From contig JADIIX010000088.1 of the NCBI GenBank assembly GCA_027604505.1, forward strand, positions 1-64,000: a stretch of DNA of 64,000 bases, written 5' to 3'. Source of the DNA: Gonapodya sp. JEL0774 (taxonomy: Eukaryota). A program made the translations under genes and the position numbers. The number at the start of each line of letters is the position of its first letter. The stretch's first letter is position 1. Positions 36,728 through 48,866 of the stretch are shown in pieces. The notes below the pieces were generated by a model. It made no database searches, was not told the origin of the DNA, and saw only the letters and a program-made list of their open reading frames with translations.

Positions 36728-39700
36728 TCATACTGCTACTCCCCGAGGCTTCTTCTTCTCCGGGTCGTATAATGGATGTGTTGCCCCAACTTCCGCTTTT
36801 ACTCTCTTTGCAAATCCATCCAGCTGTCCGACTTCCAATTGCGTGCCCGGCTTTGCGTACTCTACAAGGACTCTTGCGAGACCTATGTGACCGAACAGGG
36901 GAGTCTCCACGCCACTTGTGACCACTCCGACTTTGTAACGGCCGACGAAGACAGGCTGGCCATGTGCAACGCAGTCGTTTGACTTGATTCTCAGCGAGAC
37001 GAGAGTACGTTGCGGGTGTGCACGACGGTTGGCGATTGCTGCGGATCCTATAAACGGGGTTGTTTTTGTCGCTGGGCAAGCGAATCCAATACCGGCCTCG
37101 AATGGATCGGTGGTGTCGTCGAACTCGTAGCCTGCGAAAATAAGACCTGGTGCACGAGTTTAAGTGGCAGACTGTGTAGTTTTGCATTACCGCGCCACCA
37201 CTCACCAGCTTCTACGCGCACCATGTCAAGCGCATCAAGTCCGAGGGGAGCAATCTCAAATTCTTGACCTGCCTCCCACACGGCATCCCATACTGCACAG
37301 GCGTCATTCGGATGTGACCAAACTTCAAATCCGAGCTCTCCCGTATATCCAGTCCGTGTCACAATAACAGGAGTGCCTGTTGGGCTACCAATCCGGCCAA
37401 TTGTCAGCTTAAACCAACCAAGTTCACTGATACTAGGTCTAGTTGGTGGAGTCCAAATGCACTTCTCGAGCGTAGCTTTGGACTTCGGACCCTGAACCGC
37501 CACGTTGTGGAGGTGGTCTGTCGACGACTTGACCCATACCCGATGAAGACCAAGCCGAGCTGCAAGGGTACGAAGCCATTGTCCAACGTAAGGATCTCCA
37601 CAAACAAGCCGGTAGTTTGTAGAGGATAGCCGCGCAATAGTAGAGTCATCCAACAAACAACCCTTTCAGTGAAAACGCGTTGCAGTGTTGCGTAAGTTTG
37701 ACAAGTAGTGGAGACTATTAGTCAACAAAGCTACATACCGTGGGGTAAGTGATTCCAGTATAGGTTACTCCTGCAATAGGCATTTTCCGGACTTCTCGCG
37801 TCACTGCCCTTTCCAGAAGCTCCCCAGCATCTGGAGAGACGCCAGGACAGAAACCTGTCAAGTTGAGCAAGCTGGAAAGGTATGCCGACAGTCTCACCTG
37901 GCCCGAGAATTTCGAATTTCCTGAGAGCTGACAGGTCGCAGATGGTGACCCTTTCTCGGCAAGCTTTGTACTCTTCCAAAGGGCCCCATTTGGTGAAGCA
38001 GGTCGGAAGCCAGTAGCCTTTGTAGGGAGTATAGGAACGTGTCAACTTGGACGTCCTCGGATGGAATCCAGTGTACTTGGTGAGCGCCGGCTGCGCAACC
38101 GGGGTGATTCGTGTGGCGATTGCGGGGGTGAACGTCTCCCCTTTTGAATAAACGCGAACCTGAATCTCCGAAGGGTCCCACCCGTTTGCTGGATCTATGT
38201 CATCGGGGCACGCCGATGAGGCACAGACAAGCTTAGTGAGGGCACGAAACAGCACATAGTCGCCTGGGCGAGACCATGGTTCCTCCAGCCCGATCGCGGT
38301 CGTGGATGAGCTCACAGCGGTGTTGTAGAAAAGGTTGATTGCTGTTATGAAGGATCATTGAGTTAAAAGAATATCTTACAGGTTGCTTCAGCGATGGGTT
38401 TCTCAAACCTTGGTAGGATGGGGCCCGCGGCAAACCAAAAGGAGCTAGAACATTACCGAAGTTGTCGGTGCAGTTCGGATGTCCTTGAGGTTCATAAAGC
38501 AGGTCAAACTTGCCACATCACAACACCTTCAAAGTACAATTTCTCACCGGGATAACCCATGTCTTCGTAGTACTTTGCAGTGCATGCCAATCCAAAGGTG
38601 TCGTGTCGCCCGACGGTATCGCGCACCTTTCAACCCGAACATATCAACAACCATCAATGTCGTTCATACCTACCCAAGTCTGCAATCACTCACCACCTCG
38701 ACCATAGCTTTCATCTCTTCGTTAAAAAACTTATTGAAAAGGCCAGGTCCAGGGTAGGTTGTACCGTTGATCGTTCGTGTGACCGTTGGGTCGAGACCAA
38801 GGAGCTTTGGTACTTCTGATTTTGTGGAGGGCGCATATGCGAGGAAGTCGGAGCATTGTTGGCCGGAAATGTCAACAATCTACAGGCCAAATAAGAAACA
38901 AAGATTATGAGAGACTGCTCTAATCGCCAATGGAGAATATTGAGCCGTCGGACCTGAATGTAGTCACCCTCTTCAACCTCGTAAGCCACTGCTGTGGATT
39001 TCTTGACTCTAATGTCCAGCTTAGGTTTCGCTAGTGGAAGAGGTGGCTCTTTTATCATCTTCTTCCTCGTGACCCCAATCCCTCCAACCTTGCCAATGGC
39101 CTCTGTGTCACGCTCGACGATGACAATAAGGTCAGTAGGGGGGTTCGGACCGAGCCTGTCAGTGAGAGTATCAATACCGTCAGGGACCATTGGTGGAGAT
39201 GGTGATGAGATGAGGAGCGCGAGATCGGAAGACTTGGCCGTGATTGAGACAGCGGAGTGGGCGGCGGACGTTTTGGCGGAAAAGAAATGATGCGCATCAA
39301 GTGTTGCGGCCTCATCAAAGTGGAGCGATTTCAAGGCATCCACAATGGATTTAGCGTCTGCTGCAGAATTGATTGAGTCCGCCGAAGGTGGGGCGAAGCT
39401 TTCGGCTGTAGATGCTGCAGTGGACAAGAGAGCGACAATGGCTTGGGAAGGGCCCCTGGCAATTTTCGGCTGTGTATCTTCAAGAGTGATTGTCACATTC
39501 ACAGGCGCCTCCTTTGGCGCCGCCGGTTTTTTTGGAACTGCAGGCTTTGGAGGAGCTGTGGTGGAAGTTTGAGGAACTGAGGCATCGACCTTCTTGGGAG
39601 CTGCCACCGCCGGGGGTGAGTTCAAAGATTCCTGCGTTGCCTTGGCGATATCAGTGAGGTCACCTAGATCAGGAGTTTGTAGCGAGTCTGCCCCTGCTGA

Positions 39701-40084
39701 TTCGTTGGGGTGAATGGAGCCCACGAGGTCCGAAACCGTATCTGCGTTGTCCTCGGCAGAAAAATAATTGCCACTTCCGTTTGTCGGACCGTTTTCACTG
39801 GAGGACGCATCCGGAATGATGGGAGCAATCGTGACTGCGTCTGGTTTCACGACTGCACGACCCTCGACAATGCCGAATACAACAACTTCGCAAGGCGTCC
39901 GGCCTTCCAAGTCGACAACTTTGAGTCTGTCTCCGGCTCTGATACCGCCGATGAGAACACTAGCACCTCCCAGGACACGGATTTTCGAGCGTTCCGTGAT
40001 CTTGCCCTCAGGTGAAGACGTCTCGGGGAGAGCCAACGAGGTGACGATCGAGGAAACAGGAATTACATCCACGAGAGCGGACAT
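36728..40084 (-). CDS. Trimethylamine N-oxide demethylase (Tdm)-like protein: DUF1989 + aminomethyltransferase (GCV_T) domains, about 7 introns
   Basis: Spliced DUF1989 core: GDYIQ|IVDISGQQCSDF...RHDTFGLACTAKYYEDMGYP|GHPNCTDNF...AINLFYNT...EPWSRPGDYVLFRALTKLVCASSACPDDIDPANGW. GCV_T part: DLSALRKFEILGP, NVAVQGPKS, RTGYTGELGFEV, PLGLDALDMVRVEAG, YDPEKKKPR. Confidence 0.88.
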
Positions 40085-40754
40085 ATCTTAACAGTGGTGC
40101 TTCGGTTCTGGATGAACAAATTAGAATCGTCGTTGTGAGAACATGAGATGAGTAGCGGCTGGCTAGACTTACGTTTGAACTAGGAAGCTCAGATCTTGCT
40201 CCTCCTACCAGAGCTTGATTGGAATCGATTGAGTCGAGATCGCAAGAAAACTGCTTGTTTCGTTTCGTTCCGCAGTAAGACGCTCTGGGATCAAGCTCCC
40301 GTTACATCTGATATATGTGGCCTCCCGACGGGCCGCTCTGCCGTCAACAGGCACGACGCACATAACAGCTCATCTTGCGGGCATGCTTTGTTTGCTAATA
40401 ATCATATATGGCAATTTCCAAGGAGACGGCGCTTGCTGCATCTGTCATTATCGCTGGAATGCATTACGCACCGAACAAGAGTGGAGCAAACGCACCATTC
40501 ATTCATGGTGTACACGTCGCGCTTTTTGTGTACAGGGCTATGTAGAGTAGAAATTGGGTGTGAAATCGAAGGAAGGGCAAGAGGGGAGGCAAGGGGGGCA
40601 GAAAGCAACAATTATAATAGTATGCCCCAAGTATTGCATGTAATCCTCTATTGTCCGCGATCAGTACACACATGAAGTATCAAAAAAAAGGAGTAGAAAT
40701 TAGGTCATAATATAGTGTCCCATTAGCGCGGGGTCAGACCATACGTCTGTTTGA

Positions 40755-43542
40755 TTACACGCCTAGTCCCTCTTCCTCCTTCTTTGCGGGGATGATTTCG
40801 TTTGCCTCCTCTTCCGTCACCTAAACGCGATATACAATAGTAAAACGTTAGATGCGTGACTTAAACGCGGAAAGTCAATTGTTACAAACTCTTACCTGCG
40901 AAACCGGTCCCTTGAACCATTTACGAGCACCCAGAATCCACCATCCACCCGCAAACAGAACGACAAATGCCACGATGAAGGGTGCAAAGTTCTGCACGCG
41001 AAGGATTGGTGTCAAAACTATGGAGAAACTACTCTCCATCAGCAGACGGTCCACTCACCATTGCACCCCAAGTCACAGGGTACACGGAAGGGAAGCAAAA
41101 AATGATCGCAATGAATCCAATCCACAGGACGGCAATGCTGAAAAGAATTACAACAATGTTACGAGGCGGCGCAAGGGCAAGGGCAAGTGCATCGGGTAGC
41201 TACAAACTCACAAGTTGAGGATTCTGGAGAAGGGGCCCAGGTGGAAAGGTCCCTGCTTGAAATCGTTACCAGCGAAGACGAGTTTGAAAAAGATGGGGCA
41301 TCCGTAGGAAATGTACTGTTCAACAGGGCCGATAGTTAATGGTTGCACTTGTTCTGACTTTGTCTCTATCCCACAGTTGGAAAGAAACAACCAAACTTGG
41401 AACGTACCTGTCCGATTGTGCCAATCGAGATTAACGCTGAGAGTGCCTATATGGAATGTAGCACATGAAGCCTGGCAACTGGTATTCTGTGTACCCTCGA
41501 AACATTGGCTACTTACCACGTACGACCCAACCCCAGGAAGTGCAAGAATTGACGCCAATGTTGTGGAAACGATGACTGAAACGCACCACCAGGTTACGAT
41601 GAATCCCCGAATAGGAATACCACGAAAATGACTCACTTGCACGCATTGGAACTTTGGTGGTGGGTTCAATGTGGTGAATCCAGTTGCTGAAGGGGAGGGC
41701 ACCATCTCGCGAGAAGGCGTAGATCATCCGCGAGTTCGAGGTAATGCAACTCATCGTGCAGACTGTAAAGGAAAAGAGAGAAATTAATCTAGTTCATAAA
41801 ATGCTTTAAGGCAGAAACCTACAGAAGATGCACCCGAGGAAGAGCACCTGGAAGAACACGGTGACGTTTGTGCCCAGCGACTCTACAAGCACGATCGATC
41901 GCGATTTCAGATCAATTGTGTAGAATAGAGAATTATAAAGCCAGGTCTCACCGAGCCAGATTACAGTGTAACCCCCAACTGCGACGGCCTCCGGGTCTTG
42001 AATAGAGAACAACATCGAGAGAATGAGCGCCCAGCCAAACATGAATGCTGAACAGACGGCGTAGATAATGCCCCATGGGGCAGCGCGATCAGAGCCGTGG
42101 GTTTCCTCAGACATGTGTGCAGAAGCATCTTAAGCAACGCCTAGTTAGTCCAAGTGTCGTATACCATCCGTGATCTACCACTCACCGTAACCAGAAATGG
42201 TCCACTGAGACAGTAACAAACCCAAGCAAAGAGCATAGAAGTCGGAAAAGCCTGATTCGTTGTTGAACTCAGTGAAAACGAACGAGGCGGATTGCTAAGG
42301 GTGTGACGACCGCGTGAAGATCGCAATTGCGGTACACATTCAATGTTTTGATGTACCACTCACGAAAGATGCAGCTTTTGCGGGAACAACAACGATGAAC
42401 AGGAATGTTGCAATCACGTGCCACACCACGGACGCTGTTGTGAAAAATGCAAGCAATTTGTCGCCCAGACAGTTCAGAGCGCCGCAGAAGATGAGAACTG
42501 CCACGTAAATGAGGTACAGCTGCCAAAGGGAAGGTACCCCTAGAAGAGAATGGTGTTGGAGGACATTCCACCAAACAAGCACTGTGCGACCTACATTCCG
42601 TGGTGAGAGAGCATGTAGTTCCCAAAACTAAAAGTTTGAGGTCCCGAATTAATGTTCATGTAATTGTTCTACAGAGGATTGAGCGGCGACAAACCTGTGG
42701 CAAATGTGTACGCGACCCCCGCGACCAAGCCCACTTCACCGAGCAGGTTGAACCAGCCAGTGATCCATGACGAAAAGGGGACCCAGGATGGGTGGTTTGC
42801 TGTGAGCTTCGCTGACCAGAAGTAAAGAGAACCGGCGGTGGGGTATGTGCTGCAGATCTGGCGGGAGAAATACATATAAGCAATGGTAACCCGTTACAGA
42901 ATGGGAAACATCTCACCTCTGCGAGACTTCCAGCAACTGAAAAAGCATATCAAGTCGGTTAAAATATGGGTGAAATGTCAACTGATCAAAATTGTTTCAA
43001 CTTGCTCGTAAGAACCTATGGTCACGAGAATTTAGTTCAGATGATGAAGGTACGAGGGGAGTCAATACGGAACGTTCAAGGCTCACCATCGCAAAAACCA
43101 CGAGCCAGCCGTATGTCATAATGACTGCTCCTCCATTGAGCAAAGCGTATCCAACCAGAGGCAAGATGCCTGTAGGAATACTAATGATAGAGAAGGAAAT
43201 TCCAAAGGAATGGAAGACTGTGAAGGAGCGAGAAAGCTCCTGTAGGTTGGCAGGGTTCAGTGATAAGGAGTGAAGTGAGGAGTCGTTCGTTTGATATCAT
43301 GATTTCTTAACAGCGCTGTGGCTGTTTGTCCGCCTCACCTGGCGGTATCTTAAAGGTGAACGTCGAAAAATGTTACTTCATGAAGAAACGCATTGTAAGC
43401 AATTGCACATGCTTACCCAAGCTTAGCGAGTTTGATCTCATCTTCCGTGCTGTCAAGTGAGTCGATGGTGTTCAGCAACCGGTTCCTCTTTGACGGGTTA
43501 TAAGACCACAAGCGATGCGACGTACAGAGGGGGGGCTGCCAT
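40755..43542 (-). CDS. APC-superfamily amino acid/amine permease (ACT family; Uga4/Hnm1-like), many exons
   Basis: MAAPPLTEDEIKLAKLGYRQELSRSFTVFHSFGISFS, SLAEICSTYPTAGSLYFWS, SWITGWFNLLG, HMSEETHG..RAAPWGI, SNSRMIYAFSRDGALP, GPFHLG. Confidence 0.92.
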
Positions 43543-44059
43543 GGTGTGCGTCGGTTCAAGAACACGTAAACGGTATCGGGTTTCAACCTCGAAGTGAAGA
43601 AAGAGTTGAGGCCATAAAGCGGGCGGCTGTGTTTGCCCGTTTGGCCGAGGCTCACTCTGTGGCGCAGGCGATCGAGCTAGGGCGAGAATGATAAGCTTCG
43701 ATTGCCAAGATATTCTCAGACCAAGAGTTCCGATTCTGTAAGCAAACAAATAGTAGTTCTCCTGAGCTGTCTTGAATCTTGATACCTTCTTTTCTGTGCT
43801 ACCTGCTGTACCGTCATTCGCCACATGATAGCCTTGTTTTACTTCGCCTATCTCTCTCTTGAGTGAAAGTAGATTGTCTGAAATTTTTGATGAATGGCTC
43901 TGAGAATGGATCGCTGTCCGCAGAATGACTCAAGTTTGGTGGGGAATGTCACTTTGTCATGGTTGCTCGCCGGCCCGCACCGACCGCAAGCAAGCACATA
44001 TAGTGGCGAGCACACAAGTTTCCCAGTTTGCCATTGCAGGATTGATTGGATTCGGAACG

Positions 44060-46276
44060 ATGGCCACTCTCGATTACCAATTAATTGAGAGCTCTGAAAC
44101 TAATCCGTTGGACTTCATCACCATCGGCGGAGGGTGAGTTGGTGATCAACAGGATCGCCTGTCGAAGTCGGTACCTATTGAAAACATCTGGACCGAAACT
44201 ACCTGGACATTCTCCGGAGATTTGCAAAAATGGACTCTTCTGAATGGGTTGGCTTACTGGAATCGCGAAACCAACAGCCCATCATCAATCGTCGCTCTCC
44301 GCAACGCCTTGAAGTCCAACCTCACACGAATTGCCTCATTCGAAAGAGATGACGACACGGGGGGATTGTGGTACAAGCACACAGCCAAGTGGGTACTGCG
44401 TGTCGGCAGGATTGACAACCGTAAGGCGCACGGCGCAAAACCGTCAATGAATTGGTCTCCATCTTCCAGCTACGCCTCCCTTCAGGTCACAACAACTGAC
44501 TGGACACTTCATGGGTGAGTACAAGAAGATATTTTCCGATGGGTGACGTTGTCAGCTGTCACAATACAGTCAGGGGGGCTTTTGCGTGTTTGTTGGATCA
44601 ATGTCGGACTACCCATGGGTTACAATGAAAGATTTTTGTGACTACCACAGTGCTCACTAACCTTATTTTTTAGTGTGCCTATCCGCGATGGGGAGCCCGG
44701 ACGTCGTGCTTCACGCGATTCGATCATGCAGTGGTGTAGGGTGAGGCCACAGCAAAGTACAGATCACTTGTCTCCCATCTCAAACAACTTTTACTCTCAC
44801 AGGACTACATCAACAAGTTTAAACTCGCCCCTTACATGTATTTTGCGGTCAAAGTCGTCAAGGCAGAGCCCGTCCGGGTGTCATCGTGGCAGGACTCGTT
44901 GTGGAGAGTGACCGTCGCAAAGGTCGCGAATCCTGCCGCTCGGACGTGGGAGACGGTGCCAGGCAGTGAAAAAATTGTGTACACCCGCTCGGTACTTGTT
45001 TGCACCGGACTCGAACAGCTTCCCAAGAAAATCAAGGTGATATGAACTCTGTGTTCTTTCCATGGGGCGGGTCCACTAAAGTCACGAGTTGCCCATCTGT
45101 CATGACCGGTAGATTCCTGGAGAGGAAACCGCCACATTCCCTATTGTTCACAACCTCGTAATTCGAAGTGAGAAGGATTTCCCTTCCGACAGTAAAGGTG
45201 AGTTCCCATATCCGAACGCTTTTGCAATATCAGCTCCTGAACTTGCGGACTGAAATCAATACAGAGATTGTTGTGATCGGAGCCGGCCCTTCCTCCATGG
45301 ATATTGCTCAACTCGCCGCTGTGAAGACCAAAATCCCCACCATTTACCTCGCCCACAGACGCCAACATCTAGGACTTCCAGACCTGTGGTGGCCGTGGGC
45401 CTGGAAATTGGGCATTACGGAAATATCTATCACTCACTTCCTGTATGGCACCTTGGCCCTCCCATCTTGGTTTGTTGATCCTTTGATCCGGACATGGAGC
45501 TCTCTTTGGGCGTGGTGGAACAAAGTCCCAGAATGGGCCCCCGCACCTGACGTGAGTAACTAAGCTTGTACGGATGTACCAGATCTGTGCGAGGAGCGTA
45601 TTCTTATAACTTGCTTCGATTCCTGGTACTGGCTATGGTACGCTCCCACAGCACAAATTGTGGGTACTCTATTTTGCCGTTTATTCCTTTGTCCCTAAAC
45701 TAAATTTTGGTATTTAACTGGTCTTTAGCTCATACGATGTCTCGTATGCTCTCCGAAGTGAATGCCTTCCTGCTTATCACCAAAAGCGCCTCAAAATCAT
45801 CATTGCCGAACCCACCAAGATCGAGAAAGACACCCTACATTTTTCAAACGGCGTCGTATCGAAGCCGCAGATGGTTGTCGAGGCAACGGGTTGGAACCTC
45901 GACATGTCCTGGATACCTGTGCGGAGCTCTTACCAATTTGCTGATCTTCAACCACGTCTCTTTGGACGCTTCATTGATGTTGACTACCCTGGCCTGTACT
46001 GGGTCTCCATCGCGAACGGTTTCATGTGCGCAAACCACAACGCGGACATGGTAACGTGAGTGCCCTTACTACATTTCCTGTACGATTACCTGTATTTCTC
46101 ACGTCTGCTCACCGTTTAGTCAATGTATAACACAAATTCTCAACGGCAAGTGGAAGCAACCAACAATGGCCACAATGGAGAAGCAAATCAAGGAAGTCGT
46201 TCTCCCTACAATCTTTGTACCGGGCAGGGCTCTGGCCGAGTTGAGAGCTTGCGGATTCCAGGTTGTTCAAGGTTAA
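44060..46276 (+). CDS. Divergent class B flavin-containing monooxygenase (FMO-like), multi-exon
   Basis: FITIGGG|PSS FAD motif, FERDDDTGGLW, RSVLVCTG, IVVIGAGPSSMDIA NADPH motif, VVEATGW, YPGLYWV. The 3' end is approximate. Confidence 0.8.
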
Positions 46277-46456
46277 TTGATTATCTTCAATTTTTTTTTT
46301 TTTTTTTCGGGAGAGCTCGTTTGTTGTAGATTGTACAAAATAAACATTTATGTGGTCGCCCCCATTTCCAAATCTGTTCAAATCCTAGGCGGGCAACCCC
46401 GCCCTTTTCGTTCTTCGCTCCTGACGCGTTGATCTAGAGCTCCAGTCCACGGAGAT

Positions 46457-48397
46457 TCATCGCCAATCAACTATATGCACTCTAGACTTCTCTCCTAGTG
46501 GTACTTTGATCTCCTCAAGTGATCTGCTCATACTTTCCGTGATAAATATTATGCCTTTGTTGAGGTATTCGTGGTGGTTGGGCTCAAGGAAAGGAACCAA
46601 CTGCAGAGAGACTGTCAGATGGGAGTACCCAAAGGATCACAGTGGGTGAAAGCTTACATAGTTGTAGTTTACCATGACTCCAAAAGATTCGCGAACCCCT
46701 CGTTCTGGCGTACGTGGGAGGTTTTCTTAGAACGTGTGACATGAGATTCGGCAATGTGGTGATCAACTCACTGGATTTGTTACCCATCCAGTTGATCCGA
46801 TGTAAGCACGAGCCGTTTCGCAGGTGAAAGTTTGCTACGGGATCAATCGCATACGCTTGAGTCCCTTTCCTCTCAATGAGAAGATATCTGGAGTGCACGA
46901 AGACGATATGAGGCATACCCACAACGGGCGGTGCCAGTGGACCAACTAGACCTAGTCTCACCTGGCACACCAACGAGTCAGAGGAATGCGCACCTCTTCC
47001 GCAAACGATTCGTCTTCTATCCAAGTCTCCGGTCCGAGAATCCGGGACAATTGCGCATCTGTTAGACGATATTCTGGTTCCACAGCAGACCCCGCCACCT
47101 CTCCGGCAGTCGCTTTGCTCTCGAACCACGATCGAAAACCAGGGATCGGGGACAGTGTGCAGAATGTGGTAATGCGGTAGTTGGAGAAGAGGTGGGGCAC
47201 ACAGCGCTTGAGAAGCATATGCCCCATATCGATTCCAGTGAGACCAGCATGTGGGGAGTTGATGGAGTAGAATATCGCGGTTGATGGATTGGTGGGGTAG
47301 ACTGGGTTTGCGTCTGTTACGATTGCCTTTGAAGGTGAGAACCTGAGAACTCAATCGTTTGAGGAGTGGCAGAATCAACTCTATGACGGTTACCTGCACG
47401 TCGCCTTTGACCTCCTCAAAGAATCCAATTTCCACAAATGCGACCACATCTCCCCGCATTCCATCGTGGAAGAAGCCCAGCACTATCCTTCCATCGCCGA
47501 GACCCCCCACCCTCTGCTTCAGGTCGCGCCAAGTCTGAATCGGATGCACCGCTTCATGTTCCATGACCCGTTCGAGGACACTTGCTGGACTATCCCATGA
47601 AATCGGTTCGAAGCGAAGCGAACTGAGACTAAATATTGGAACTAGGTGACGGCGGAGTGAGTCTGACAGGCTGCGCAGGGATTGTGCTGTGGCGGGTTGA
47701 GTCGAAGAGGTTTTCTTTTGTTGCTTCTGTGATATCGAGAATCATGATGCACCTATCATGATTTGGTCATCAAAATACTCGTGAACACAGAAGCAACTCA
47801 CGACCGCGACACCTCTGACGTCGACCAAGAACCCCACGCCTCCTTCAGCAATTGTCATCGCATGCCAAACTTTTTCGTAGCGCACATCAGAATAGGGTGA
47901 GAAGAACGCAGCGATTGTGGCAGGAGACGACGGGTCGCCGTGTGGGACGGAATGGGGTTCCGAAGGCCGAGACACTGACGTCGGAAGTTACCAAGTGAAC
48001 AAGAAAGCAATTGGCGTGAGCATTGTTGAAAGCACAAGCCTTGTTTGTCAAGAATCTCGCCAATGTGCCAGAAGAGAGTTTCAACAAATAACTCACTGTA
48101 TGCCTCCGCGACATGTATGATGAGCGCCGCCTTGTCGTCCTGCGACAGTTTCTCGTACAAGTCCAACATCCGCGCCACCTCTTCAGCCGGCGCTATCGGA
48201 GCGCCATTTCCTGGAGAAATGAGCCGCTCGAGTTGATCTTGAGCGGCTTTCATGGCGGGGATTCCGGGTGATAAGTCGGTGGGAGACGTGGAGCGGTGTC
48301 GTTTCGCTGTCCTGTCCACTGATTCAAAAAGTCCAAATCAAAGAGCAAATGAAAATGCCATCGAGATTGAACCCCATAGCCCGCGAGTTATGAACAT
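46457..48397 (-). CDS. Malonyl-CoA decarboxylase, multi-exon
   Basis: MEHEAVHPIQTWRDLKQRVG, FCTLSPIPGFRSW, DPVANFHLRNG, INWMGNKS|KRGVRESFGVMVNYNY. The start is uncertain. Confidence 0.9.
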
Positions 48398-48866
48398 GTT
48401 AGAGGCCGCGAATCTCGTGATACAGACATGGTATTGACCAGACACCGACAGCGTGACTCACCCTGCCCATCAGCTCTTCCATTCCCATCCCCGCGAGCCG
48501 ACTCCGTCCAAGAACGAAGAATCGCCACCGACGACATCACCCGCGTCTCGGCTGAAGAAACAGAGGAAGGGCGCACAGGTGGTACAGGGATGAGCGAGGT
48601 GGTGGTGCTGAGGAGAGGGCCTCGCGAGGCAGATGCAGAACGGGGAGAGCGGGGAGAACGGGCAGAATGGTGCGCGCGCGATTGTAGAGCTAGGAATCGC
48701 TTCATCGAGCCCGGCGATGGGGTTGGGATGCGGTTTCTTGTGCGCTTTCGGATACGAAAATCGCCCGAGCACCCTTTTCGCTCCACCCTCATCAACCCGA
48801 TATTGTGTAGTTACAAACACCGTAACATACTAGCAAGGAGCGCAAGAGTCATGTACAGGGATACAA

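Noticed and set aside
36728..40084. Tdm-like gene as bacterial contamination or as ordinary glycine-cleavage T protein
   Set aside because: It has about 7 spliceosomal introns and is contiguous with eukaryotic genes. The DUF1989 metal-binding domain is absent from GcvT.
44060..46276. Calling the FMO a Tmm orthologue
   Set aside because: Its motifs are degenerate and I see no close resemblance to bacterial Tmm. Only the genomic context suggests the role.
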